NCBI GenBank assembly: GCA_001642005.1
Contig: LWCA01000140.1
Location: 1 to 47,951 of the forward strand
Origin: Intoshia linei
Lineage: Eukaryota > Animalia > Orthonectida
Length of the DNA stretch: 47,951 nucleotides
Reading direction: 5' to 3'
In this document: in pieces, positions 34,050 to 46,956 of the stretch
Layout: every line of letters begins with the position of its first letter
How positions within the stretch are numbered: the stretch's first letter is position 1
Notes under the pieces: model-generated
What the model was told of the DNA's origin: nothing
Database searches by the model: none
What the model saw: only the letters and a program-made list of their open reading frames with translations
Made by a program: the position numbers and the translations under genes

Positions 34050-34901
34050 AATTTCCTATATTAATTGTATATACTTAAATTCAAATCATTGGAAAGTGCA
34101 GTCTAGACTCTAGACGAGGGCTACCAGTCAATGAAATAATTTAAATTAAATTTTGTTTAAATTTTTTTATGGGCCACCAGTCTACTGCGAAAGCTTATTA
34201 AAGCGTACATTCTACTAATAACAAGTTTACAATGTACATTATACAGTTAAATGTACTACATTTGTAGATAAATCTGATATCATACATGACGCACATTTTT
34301 TGAACCTACATGTAAATTTTACAATGTTACATTACAAAGTAGTGTTATTGATAAATTATGATGAATAATTATAATTATTCCATTTTTGCACATTTTACTT
34401 TTATTAATTAAAAGTATCAGCGAATTTCAGTTTTATAGATCCAACTACAGTACTTATAAATTATTTTTAGACGTGATTTAAAACCAAAATTTTCTTGAAA
34501 TGAGTCAAATTAATATTATAAGTTGGATCAAAGGTACATTGTAATGTACAAAATATACTTCAACTATTGCCTTCTATTTTGGCTCAAGTGATTAATGATT
34601 TTCTCGACCTCAAATTAAATGGCATTTGCATGTAGTTCATAACTCATGCTTCAACTAAAAATGTGTACTGTTTTAAATCGTATTGGTAATATATTATTTG
34701 TTACAAAATATTTATATAATAATATCGTTTTTTTAGCTATATAAACCAGTCTAATTCAATTATAATTCAAATTTTTGAACAGTTTTATTTCAAAATTTGA
34801 CTTAAATATTTATTAAGTTTCATGCAGGTTTATCGAACAGAAACTATCTTTCAAGATTAAATTTCAAAAATTGGATCTACATTGTATATTGGAATATAAA
34901 C

Positions 34902-37900
34902 ATGAAAAATTCTTTTTTAAACAATTCTGATAATTTTTACTCTTTGGAACATGATAAAGAAACACTTTTTTGTAGATTTCGAATTTCTGAAAAAGCTAAA
35001 CAGAATCTTGATGTGTACTTTTTAGAATGAGTTTATTATTATTATTAATTATTTTAGAATAAAACTCATAGTGCTTGTATTACATGGATACGGAGAGCAT
35101 TCTGAATTTTATACTTGGCTTTTATCCGAATATAAAAGGAATGAAAATGTGGCATTTTTTACACATGATCATTGTAAATTTTTTTGTATTATGTTTGTTA
35201 TTATATCTAATTATAATTATAGATGGACACGGAAAATCTAGTGGCCCAAGAAATTGCATAGATAATTTTAAACGATATCTCAATGATGTCGATTTTCATA
35301 TAAATGAAATTACCAAAATTATAAAGGCTGATAAAATTTTATTGATTGGACATTCAATGGTAATTCTAATGTAGCCAATATTTTTATGGGCAAGGTGAAA
35401 CATTGGCAAACGCTTATTTATACTTTATAATACATTTGTATATCCAGTTATAAATTTTTTTAATAGGGTGGATTAATGGCATGTCATTACGCTATCCAGT
35501 ATCCACAAAAAGTTACTTCCATGATTTTAATTTCACCATGTTTTGATATAAAAATGGTTGGAAAACGAGGAATAATGGTAATTTAACTTTTTATGTGATT
35601 AGATTCAGCGAAATGATTTTATGGACTTAAAAAAATAAATAAATAAACAATACATGTAACAATATATGGATCACATATTTTTTAACTTGAAAAATATTGA
35701 TTCAATTCGATTCAATAGTCTTTTAATCACATTAATTAAACACATACAAAATTTTGATATAAATAAGTAATTCCACCATTATAATATCACAGTCAAGCCG
35801 CCACTATTCGCAAAATCGGTATATTTACATCTTTTATATGTAACTGAATATATTTCATTTTATTGTTCACCAATCATCATTTTTTAAAAATTTTATTTTA
35901 ATTTTTACAGGGGTGACCAAAGCACCAAATTTATTTTGAAAAATCTTTGACGAACAGTGTTCTCCACTGTATTTAATTTTGATATTAGTAACATATCACT
36001 GAGGCATTTTATAGCCAATGGTTATTAACCATAATTTATAATATTAGATTTTTAATTTTTGATACAATTTTTTTAAATTATTAAATTTTTTATTTTTTAA
36101 TTATCAGTGGAATCAGGTAAATTATTTGTAAATGTATACATGTGAATTGTACATTATTATCTATTTAAATTTTCAAATTTAGCAAAATTTATTATTTTTT
36201 ATATCGTATTTCACAAAATCTGCAAAGACTTTATTACCTTTGGATCCAAATACGCTAACTCACAATGAAGATCAGGTAATAATCATAATTTAACCCTGAC
36301 ACGAAACTTTACCTATGTGTGTAGTTTTAAAATCTAAAATATTAAAAACTCCACATATGCGTGTAGTCGTAATATAAACAGTATTTAAAAATACGCCCAT
36401 TATTTTAAATTTCAGAATGTTTATTTCCAATTTCGATTTCCTAGACATTAAGTTTAATTCTTTAAAAAGGGGTTTTTCATTAATTTTTTTAACCAGATTC
36501 TAACGGGTGTTGTTGATTAATTTTTTAACCAGATTCTAACAGGGGCTTTCTTAAGTAATTTTTTTACCAGATTCTATTAGGGGTTTTTTGAGTAATTTTT
36601 GAATAAATTTTAAAAATGGCATCTAGTGTAACATTCTTTTTAAAAAAACTTAAATATTTTTGTGGTTTGTATAAAATTATTTTTTCAGTCTTTAAATATA
36701 CATATACATTATATACTTATATAACATATTTAAATATATATACTGACCAAATTTTATTACTGACATTTTAATATTTATACTGACAATTTTTTATTAAAAT
36801 ACTTCCTATTTAATATAAACAAATAATTAAACTTTTTATTATATAAAAAGATTCCATGACTTCATAAAAGAATTTTTTTATAGTCCATCTAATATTTAAA
36901 ACTATAACAATATTTTAAAAAACTTCTAAAAACCATTAAAAAAATAAAATAATATTGAATTTACGCGTTCGTTAATCAGAAATTCGTTAAATACCAGATA
37001 TTTAGGCGTTTATATAGAAAATAAAATTTCGACGTTCGTTAAATGAAATATTCGTTAAATGAGATTTTGAAGGTATATAAAAGGATCGCAATATATCAAA
37101 GGGTTAATTAAGTGAGCTTCATTGATTTATAATTTCTATAAAAACGTTAATACGGTTAATAAATCTCTGGAGAACTTCATTTCAATCACATCAAAATTAT
37201 CATCTTGATGGCCTATTATATTTTTACTTTTAATTTGTACATAATAATATTTTTAGGTTAAACGGTATGTAAGTGATCCATTGGTATATCATGACAATAT
37301 CTCTTATAGGTAATACAGTAAAAGTTTAGTTTTATGCAATTTTTGTCTATTATCTTATCTTTACGTATGTACAGGGTGTTCATTTAACTATCACTATCAC
37401 TATTTTAATTTAAACATTAAAAGGTGTAGTATAAATTTAAATAAAGCATTTTACTGTAAATAAAAGTAGATATTTTAAGTTTTTTTATAGTGAGTCATGG
37501 ACTGAAAAATGTTGAGAACCGCTGGATTAGACTATCTTAAACAATCTTTACTAAAAAAACCACACTTATCTCAAAAAATAAAAGAATGGCTAAACATTAT
37601 AGAAAAAGATTTCATTAATACCTAATTAATTAACTTAATTGTAAAATTAAAAATATATTATGTATTAAACTTGCATCTCGCGAAGCTAAATTTTCAATTT
37701 CATTAAATATCATCTATTTTTATGATTGTAACTATGCATTTCTGACATTTTACATCATTTTGAAACAAGTTAAATCACGATTTATTTATCCCCAAAGTGC
37801 AATTTTTATTAAAATTTTCAATTTGACTTAGCGCGATTGCACTGTATTATCATAATTATCAATCACAGTTTAATTTGAACAATTTTATACGCTTGTTTGA

Positions 37901-39521
37901 ACTTTATTTTAGCTAAAGTGGCCAGAAAAATACGTACTATCACTTTTAGTTTATTTAGAATAAATTTTAAGCCGAAAATTTTTATTTGTCATCATAGATA
38001 AGTAGTTTTGGCTATACATTTAACACCAAATAAACTAAAATTGATAGTACGTATTTTTTCTGGCCATTTTATTTTAGCGCACAATTTTTACATTTTTACT
38101 ATGAAAAATGTATAGAAAATATGAAAGTGTGCAATTTAAAATGAACCCTGTATGTCTAATAAACATGAACATTGTTTATACTACATATATCATATATGAT
38201 GTATTTATATGAAGCTTAAAATTAATTTTGATTTTTAAAATATTAAAATTCTCAGACTTGATTTTTTAAAAAAAGGGTAACATGGGGTTTAAATCGAGAA
38301 AATTAACTTTTTTGAGTTTGCGATTTATGATGATGCTAATGATTTTATAACACATCCCAGAATTTATGTTTTTTTAAATTCTATGGTTGTTTTATTTTAA
38401 AAAAAAAGAGAAAGTTGAGTTTGTAATTAAATTAAAGTAAAAAAAATTTTTTATCGATACATTTGACTTATATCGATTGCCACCCCTAATCGTTCATACG
38501 CAACCTGAGACAATTGTTTTAAATGTATATCATTTGTTTCATATTTAATTATCTCATTTATGTATGCCGATTAAATATATATAAAAAATAATTTTTTTTA
38601 AATTACCGGTAAATAGCTCTAAAAATTGGCTAACATGTAAGCTATATTTTTTGTCTTGATCAAATAAATTATGAGCCTCGTTTGTGTTCTGTGTAATATC
38701 AAAAAATATATATATATGTTGTAGAATTCTTGCTGAAATATCCAAATCAATTAATTATGTTGTTGAAAATGCCGATAAAATTAATATTCCTTATTATTTG
38801 GTTCACGGTACAAAAGATGAAATATGTCCAATCGAGGGTTCATACAAATTTCATACTAAAACTGAATCAAATACTAAAATTATGAAGGTAATTTATATGT
38901 ACCATATAATATAGACCAGGGTGTCAAAACACATGGCAAGTGAGAGCCACAAAATAAATTTTCAAATTTCGCGTGCAGCAACATTAAAAAATATAATTCA
39001 AAGGCTTTATTTTTTCATAAAACATTTATTTTTATATATTCAAAAAATGGTTTTTTTGTAAGGTTTGGTAAAATCGGATTTTTCCTTTAAGAGTTGGTAT
39101 ATTTGAAATTTCTCTTTTGGAGTTTGATATACAAAATGTAACTTGGAGTTTAAGGGTTAGTCGATATATTTATATTTTACCCATAAAATTGTGGAAAAAC
39201 ATGCGTGATAAAGTCATACACGGGTTAGAACAAATGTTACATTTGGTTTCATAGAACAATGGAGACGACAAAAATTATGATGAAAGTTTTAACTTGCCAA
39301 ATTGCTCCACGTCATTTATTAGTGCGTTAATATTTTTGTTATGTGGACCGCCAAGCAAATTGATTCTGACACCCATATCTATGTATTTGATTTTTACGTA
39401 AATTATTTAGACGATAGAAAACGGATTTCATCAAGTACATTATGATTTTTTAAACCAAGAAAACTGTGCTAGAAACAAGATTAAATCATGGATAAAAGAC
39501 ATTTATGATTCTATTAATTAA
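34902..39521 (+). CDS. MGLL: Monoglyceride lipase / lysophospholipase-like alpha/beta hydrolase, paralogue 1 (8 exons, ~298 aa)
   Basis: Exons: 34902-35014, 35058-35173, 35223-35359, 35467-35577, 36183-36275, 37257-37309, 38725-38887, 39411-39521. Motifs LHGYGEHS, HDHYGHGKS, GHSM|GG, SDPLVYH, HGTKD, NGFHQ give a complete Ser-Asp-His triad. Confidence 0.93.
35790..35969. mobile_element. Tc1/mariner(pogo)-type MITE
   Basis: CAGTCAAGCCGCCACTATTCG ... GACGAACAGTGTTCTCCACTG|TA. Related ends at 8810-8850 and 19745-19771. Confidence 0.55.
36294..37103. mobile_element. piggyBac-type MITE
   Basis: TTAA|CCCT ... AGGG|TTAA ends. Internal ~37-bp tandem units (TAATTTTTTAACCAGATTCTAAC..GGG) at 36470-36600. 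Confidence 0.7.
37372..38150. mobile_element. Tc1/mariner-type MITE with nested elements
   Basis: TA|CAGGGTGTTCATTT ... AAATGAACCCTG|TA. Confidence 0.7.
37917..38068. mobile_element. Short long-TIR MITE (Kolobok-like), nested
   Basis: ~45-bp TIR AGTGGCCAGAAAAATACGTACTATCA.TTTTAGTTTATTT / AAATAAACTAAAATTGATAGTACGTATTTTTTCTGGCCATT; flanks CTAA and TTAT. Confidence 0.7.
38917..39376. mobile_element. Degenerate hAT MITE in last intron of lipase 1
   Basis: CAGGGTGTCAAAAC...GAGAGCCAC at the left and GTGGACCGC...TGACACCC at the right. Confidence 0.55.
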
Positions 39522-39925
39522 AAATTAAATTTATATTAATAATATAAACATTCAAAAAATACTCTTATACATTGGAAACACCACTATTGGCTGATTCTGT
39601 TATTTATTATGAATTACTTGTATTGATATAATATGATGAGGTAGTCAACTTCTCTTTAGATTAAAAATATAAATATATATATATATTTTGATGATGGCAA
39701 TGTAGGGTGAATCTTCCAGTTGTTCACCAAACTTTACTGTACAAATTGAAAATTTTTGAAAAAAAAGTTCAGATTTTATCAAATAATCGCGAATAATTTG
39801 ACATTTTGTCAAAATATCAAGAATAACCTGTATGTTGTAATTATAGTGAATAATTATTATTTTACGAATTAAAACTTTAAAATGTATATATAATATTAAA
39901 ATAATGTATTTTTTTGCTTCTATAT

Positions 39926-40550
39926 CAGGGGTGTCAATTATGCGGCCCGCGTTATAATATCAACGACGTTGATTCAACGTATCATTTTTATATTTATTTC
40001 ATTGCACTTATTATCGTTATCATGCTTTAAAATTTTCCAAACTTTAAATACTCTTCAAAAATCTAATATAATACTAATTATCAAAAATATAGTGTTAAAA
40101 TTGCTATGCTAAGGAATGGATTTGAAAAAAGATTCCAAGATTTTAAAAATTTTGAAATTGAATTTTCCAAAATACATTTACAGTGAATGTAGTTGAGATT
40201 TCAAAATATCTACAAATGGAAATTATTGATATTTAATGTGATGTTACCTTAAAACACAAATTTTTAAATTTAGAAATTATTATTAAGGATTATTTTATAA
40301 ATGCATTATTGAAAGTTACCCCAAATAAACATCTGGCTTCCAAAATAATGAAAATGCTTGGAAGTACATATATATGCGAACAATGTTTTCCAATTATGAA
40401 TATAAATAAAAATAGATATCGTTTTCAAATATCAAATTAACATTTAAATTCAACTTTACAAATTTTATTATCTCAATCAATTCAGCCAAACATCAATAAA
40501 TTAGTAGAATTAAAAAGAACACTAAAATCCACAAAACTTTATAATGTTTA
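39926..40550 (+). pseudogene. Internally deleted hAT (Charlie/SPIN/GTF2IRD2-type) transposon relic
   Basis: Left end CAGGGGTGTCAATTATGCGGCCCGC. Translation FEKRFQDF.../YLQMEIIDI*CDVTLKHKF...MLGSTYICEQCFPIMNINKNRYRFQISN*HLNSTL...PNINKLV is the hAT C-terminal dimerisation region, with stops. Confidence 0.85.
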
Positions 40551-40789
40551 ATGTTATATAAATATTTAAATGTAATTATTATTAATTTTAATATTATAAA
40601 CAGGGCTGTGTAGAATTGTTGGTACCAGCGACGTTGGCTGATAACAGCAACAGAGGCTGCTGTACCGGTACAGCAAGGCTGTTTTTCCAGCATAAGATTT
40701 CATATATTATATTGAATTTTAGCAAATATAAAATGAGAATATCACTAAAACAATGTTAACCGTTTACTGTCTATACAAAAAGCGATAAG

Positions 40790-41190
40790 ATTTAAAAAAA
40801 AATTTCTATGAATTATACGTTGGAGATAATAAACAAGTTAAAGAATTTGGAGTTGGAGAAAAAATATATACGCTAATAGGGATCTTAAAATCATACACAT
40901 TATCATACATTTACATTTAAAAAAAATTGTATCTTCAGGGCCAAAACCCCAAATTACCCTTCTTTTTTTAATGAAAACAGCCCTTAGAATTTAAAAAAAT
41001 TTCAATCCGAATAAGTGACGACTTCACGGTCAGAAAAGCATTTTAGTATTCATATTTTTTTTCCGAAATATCTTATTAAAACAAAAAATGTGAAATAATT
41101 AAGGGTCCAAAAATTAAAAAAAAAAATTATTCTTATAGAGCTTATTCCAGTTGATATAAATACAAAAGTTCAACTCGAGAAATCTATTTG
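40790..41190 (+). mobile_element. Helitron-like fragment upstream of lipase 2
   Basis: CAGGGCCAAAACCCCAAATTACCC...TAAGTGACGACTTCACGGTC...AGAGCTTATTCCAGTTGATA. Confidence 0.8.
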
Positions 41191-41381
41191 TATCGTTTTA
41201 TACTGTAAACAAAAATAAAATTAGTTATAGATACATTAATATATGTCACCTTTAAATCAAATTGATTAATATATGATACGATACATGATCCTATCACCCA
41301 ATTTAGGATCCTCATTAATAACGTATATAGAGCATTTAATCAGAATATATTAAAACCTAAAAACACTAATATTGTAAATAT

Positions 41382-44178
41382 ATGGATAAAAGTGTATTGG
41401 ACAACATAGATCATACATATACATTACATCATAACAATGAATCATTGTTTTGTAGATTTGGTATGTCTGATCCAGCTAAAAAAAATTTTGATAGGTAATT
41501 TACCTTTACTCTTTAAAATTTAAAAGTTATATACATTAAATATTTAATCAATCATTCAATTTTATTATCACGTAGAATAAAACTAGTAGTATTTATTTTA
41601 CATGGATGTAATGAACATACCGAATACTACAATTGGATGATGGAACAAAATGATGACAGTATTGCATATTTCACACATGACCATTGTAAATTTAATGTAT
41701 CTAAAAGATTATAATTTAATAAATCTAGATGGACATGGACGATCTAGTGGTAAGAAGAATTATGTGAGCAGTTTTAATCGGTACATTGATGACGTTAAAT
41801 TCCATATTGATCAAATTATGAATATTCTCAAAATTGATAAAATTTTATTAGTTGGTCATTCAATGGTATAATATAGATATTTATAATTAAATAAATTGTC
41901 AGTTTGCAATGTACGACTTACATTGTTAGTTAAAATCAATTCTATCAATTATATACCATTTTAATTAAAAAAATGTTAATCCTTAGTAAGTCTTCTATAT
42001 AATATATTATATAATATGCTACGTGATTTTTGTTTGTGTGGGTGTGTTCAACTTTATTTAAATAACTACCCGTCTTAGAATTTTATAAAGTCCACATTTC
42101 AATTACAGTTTTTTCCGGGTTGTTCGCAAAATAAATTCCAACCTCCCAAACTCACATCTTACGGGTCAAAAACCCTAATTGTCCTTTTTTTTAAAATTCA
42201 AACAAATAAGAGAATTTAAAAAAATAAATACGCTGATACGGATTTTAAAATCATAAACATTTCCATAAATTTAAATTTAAAACAATTATATGTTCAGGGC
42301 CAAAACCACAAATTACCCTTCTTTTTTTAATGAATACAGCCCTAGAATTTAAAAAAATTTACAGGTGGTACAGTTGTATCCTGTTAACAAGTACAGTTGT
42401 ATCCTGTTAACACACATAAAAAATTTCAATCCGAATAAGTGACGACCTTTATTGTCGAAAAATTTAGTAATTTACTAAAAATATGTGCCTATCCGTAATC
42501 ATTTAATTATTAAACTGACAGTCCAAAAATTATCATAACACAAATTCAAAGTCAGTTTTTCGACAAAGAAATTAAGATAAATTTGCAACTTAATATGAAA
42601 AACCCAATTTACTTTTTATTTTAGACACATGTAAATTTTAATTTTTAATTAACTATAGTAATATTTTATTTTAGGGAGGATTAATAGCTACACATTATGT
42701 TTTAAAATACCCTAAAAATATAATTGGTATGATACTTATAGCTCCATGTTTCTATATTAGTCATGTTGGAAAGAGGAGTCTAATGGTAATTTATTTTTCC
42801 AACTGGCCCCAACTGGGTCTTAAGAAATTCGATGCGATATAATAGATATTTTTTTGTTAGAATAAATTATATGATTATCTGACAAAAAATTAAAATCTAA
42901 TCAAATAAAACGATTAAATTAAGGACCCACAATGCGGTCACATTGGCGATTATTTAGTTTTCTAAGTTAAGGTTGAAGAACATGATAATATATGTTTTAA
43001 ATTGCTGGTAATGAAAATTCAGCCATATGAAACAAGGTAGATATTTCGCGGTTTAATGTTTCACATTTTTTAGCAATACTTGGTCATTGCAATATCCAAT
43101 ATATCAAAATCTGCAAGAATACCTGCATTAGCAGATAAAACTGACATATCACATGATCAAGAGCATGTATACCTTTCATAGTATTATTAGTATTAAATAT
43201 AAATAGGTAAAGAAATATCGAAGCGATCCATTTGTATTTCATGCTACCATCACTTTTAGGTTATTTAGATTTTTGAAAATTTGTTTAAAAATAAAAATAA
43301 ATAAATTCACCAAAAATTTCAAACGAACAGGCTGGGAAACCTGGTTTAAATCGTCATCCTTAGTCATTATTTTAATTTACTTATTGTGGTTAATCGTATG
43401 AAATTATTTAGTTTACTGGCTGAATTATGCAAAGCTATAAATTATGCAATGGACAATGCTCATAAAATTAATGTGCCATATTATATTGTTCATGGTACAA
43501 AGGATAATATTTGTCCTATTGAAGGATCGTATCGTTTTCATAAACTGACCAATTCTATTAATAAAAATTTAAAGGTACAATCATTTGTAATACAATTAAA
43601 ATTTATACTGAAAAATTTACATCATTTAAATTTTAAATGTTTGATTTTTTAAAAATTGTTAAAAATTTTGATCTGTTTTTTATTTTTAAATATTAAGTGT
43701 CTAAATCAGCGTTTCTGCAACTGTGTATTACAGAGATTTGAAAGTGATGGATAGAATTTTTTTTAAACGGTATACATATATTTTTAGAATCATTTTTTTC
43801 TTATATATTCATAACACAGTTTAACCTCTTTAAGTCAAACCCTTGTTAATTCAAAATTAGCCCACTTTAAAATTTGTATACAGTGACTGGTTAATTCTAC
43901 AACTGTTAAAATTAAAGTTATGTTCTTCATACTTTTTGTTATACAATTGATGTGACTAATTTAAAATCGATACATATTTGATTGATAGATTGATCAAATG
44001 CAAATTTATACGAATTTATTGTTTTGACTTAAAAAGATTCCATTGTATAAACATCAATCAATGAATTTAGGAAATTGAAAATGGATTACATCGAATACAC
44101 TTTGATTTTATCGAGAAAAAGGACTGTGCCAGAAATTTTATCATAAGTTGTATAAATACATTTCAACAAACCAATTAA
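41382..44178 (+). CDS. MGLL: Monoglyceride lipase-like alpha/beta hydrolase, paralogue 2 (8 exons, ~295 aa)
   Basis: Exons: 41382-41494, 41576-41685, 41729-41865, 42675-42785, 43074-43166, 43207-43259, 43412-43574, 44071-44178. Motifs LHGCNEHT, HDHYGHGRS, GHSM|GG, SDPFVFH, HGTKD, NGLHR. Same intron positions and phases as paralogue 1. Confidence 0.93.
41990..42460 (+). mobile_element. Helitron-like 5' portion in lipase 2 intron 3
   Basis: Colinear with 44219-44640. Contains a local duplication of GTACAGTTGTATCCTGTTAACA. Confidence 0.8.
43817..44045. mobile_element. Tc1/mariner(pogo)-type MITE
   Basis: CAGTTTAACCTCTTTAAGTCAAA ... TTTGACTTAAAAAGATTCCATTG|TA. Confidence 0.55.
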
Positions 44179-44218
44179 ATTTTAAACTTAAACGTAGACT
44201 CTAGTAGAGAGCAAATAA

Positions 44219-45085
44219 TCCTTACTTATATAATATGCCTTGTCTGTCTGTGTGTGTCATCGTTTATGTCAATAACTACCAGTCTTAGAATTTTATAAAG
44301 TCAACATTTCTATTACAGTTATTTCTGGGCGTGTTAGTAAGATAAATTTCAACCTCTCAAACTCACATCTTATGTGTCAATAAGCCCAATTGTTTTTTTT
44401 CGAAAATCAAACGAGTTCGAGAACTTAAAAAAATATACACTTTGATACGAATTTTAAAATCATAAATATTATCATAAATTTAAATTTAAAAAAAATATAT
44501 ATTCAGGGCCAAAACCCCAAATTACCCTTTTTTTAATTAAAACAGCCCTAGAATTAAAAAAATTTACAGGTGGTAAAGTTATATCCTTTTAACACACACC
44601 AAAAATTTAAATCTGAATAAGGACGACTTCATGGTCAAAAAAGCACTTTAAGATTCATATATTTTTTTTCTGAAACATTTTATTTAAACAGATAATGTCA
44701 ATTAATTAACGGTCCGAAAATTAAAAAAAAAAAAATTATTCTGATAGAGTTTAGTCCAGTTGATATAAGTACAAAATTTCAACCCCAAAAATGTACGCAT
44801 TCCGGTGAAAAACAATTTGTAATATATTATCAACCAATATTTTTCAAATATTTCGATATAAATATTAAAATAAAAATTTAAAATATAAATATTGATCCCA
44901 TAATTTCAAAAAAAATGTATTGAACGTCTACACATTTCCAATAAAGAAATATGGGTGAAAATCTATATAATTCATTCCTTCGGAATATTTTTCATTCTCA
45001 AATACTAATTTTCAAAAAATTTAACGATTATTTATTTTAAAACTACAGCAACTAAAAGTAAAACTTTGTTATTATCATTTTTGTC
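44219..45085 (+). mobile_element. Helitron-like copy, 5'-intact
   Basis: Starts A|TCCTTACTTATATAATATGCCTTGTCTGTCTGTGTGTGTC; 3'-truncated. Confidence 0.85.
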
Positions 45086-45214
45086 GTCAGTAACTGATGA
45101 TCAGTTTTACAAATCTTAAAACTGGAATTTTCCCTAAAGGGTTGCTAAATTTTTATTTTTAGTAAAAATGGTTGGATTTAATTGAAATTGGTTGAATTTA
45201 TATAAACACCCATT

Positions 45215-45830
45215 TTAAAAACTAATGATCCCAGAATTAGTGATTGTGATTTCTCGGGAAGAATAAAAAATTTTTATTCTTATATAATATAGAAGCATTA
45301 AAAATTTTAGAGACCTTAATTAATTTTGAAACAAAAATTAAATTTTATTTGATTACTAGACTGAAATTTACAAATTTAATTAGAAAAAATATCATACACG
45401 TATGTCTTAATTTTTTTTCGGGAAATCCCGGGAATTTTGTCCCGGTTTTTTTCCCGGCACAATCACTACCCAGAATTTATGCTTTATAAAATGTAGAACT
45501 TTTTTCAATTTAAAAAAAAATGTAAATTAAAAATTTAGGTTTTGACCATGAAGACGTAACTTTCTGAGGCTGAGATTTAAGACAATGTTAATGACTTCAA
45601 ATGCGTCTCAGAATATGTATGTTTTTTTTTAAATTTTAAGGTAGATCTAATTTTTTTTCATTTTAGGAGGATGGGTTTTTTCCCTGAAGCACTCAATTTT
45701 TGAAAATGAAAGTTGCATTAAAACATAATCTCGTAAAAATAATATCAGAAAATTGGTTAATTAAATTCTAGGACTGTTAATTTTTTAAATAAACGATAAC
45801 AGACATATTCAATCTTATAAAAGTAAGGGA
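45215..45830 (-). mobile_element. Helitron-like 5' portion (three-unit subfamily), interrupted by a MITE
   Basis: 5' end A|TCCCTTACTTTTATAA at 45830; colinear with 16760-17150. Confidence 0.75.
45238..45468. mobile_element. hAT MITE (231 bp) with perfect TIR and TSD
   Basis: CCCAGAAT|TAGTGATTGTG ... CACAATCACTA|CCCAGAAT, with subterminal CCCGG/CGGGA repeats. Confidence 0.9.
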
Positions 45831-46956
45831 TCAGTAAGGATAGATTGCTAAATTATAAATTAGTCTAAAAGTATTTAATTTCACTTAAATGTAATTTAGT
45901 TTATATAAATTTTTAATTAGACTAGTCACTAGTCATACATTCCACGCTATAAGTAATATTAATATTAACTTTACAAATCCAGTTTTTTTATATGAAAGTG
46001 ATACAAAAAATATATTTTATTGAGATGTGTATAATCAAACCCAAACCTATCATACTCGCCCTCCAAAATTATACATTGGCTAATAAACAAATTTTCCCAA
46101 ATGATGTGTAATGCCATATGGTCCTAGCCACCTCTTCAGGTAATAATAATCTTAATAAACCAGTGTTATACATAAAAACAAAATATATAACATAATTAAA
46201 AAAATAGTTCAAGGGTCACATTATGAAATTCACTGATTTATCATAATATTAAATATTAATAAGTATAAACATGCGATATATAAAAATGAATACCATTTTT
46301 TGTCACCAATATATCTAATAATCATAAAATAACAACAACTATTATATTATATTGACGTAATATCAAAAAGTAATATTTAAATGTAAAGCTAAAACTATGG
46401 ACGTCAATTGTACTAAGAATGAGATATTTTTACAAATGATTACATATCAGTCAAGGTATTACAAAGTTATAGATAATTTCCGAATAACTAGATATAAATC
46501 TAATATTCCTAATTAGACCGTGTAGTTTATACAAATTACATAAATAATAAATAAATTAATTTATATAAACTTGATATAACTAGGTTATTTATTACCATTC
46601 AACTATGGTATATTACAATTTGTTTAATCTTTTAAAAAGTATTAATTTTAAAATGTATAACTTTGGAATGACTAGTCCATTGTTTTTTTTTGAATATAAA
46701 TTATAAATATAACAATCTATTTATTAAAAAAACAAATTTTCACATTTTATAATACAATGATATATAAATCTACTTGAGATATTAATATAGTATTTTTTTA
46801 AAACATTTAAATACTTATATGGATTAACAGAACGCAATTTACCTAATTTGATTATTTATAAAGCAACAAACCATTGAGACAATTAAATATAATTACTTAT
46901 TCCGATAATCATACATTTAATTTACTTAATTCGTCAGTATAATTAAAACCATAATA

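Noticed and set aside
9085-42460. Strand bias of intronic Helitrons
   Set aside because: Antisense in Hook, but sense in MARCH6 and lipase 2 and mixed in the RhoGEF-like gene. No consistent bias.
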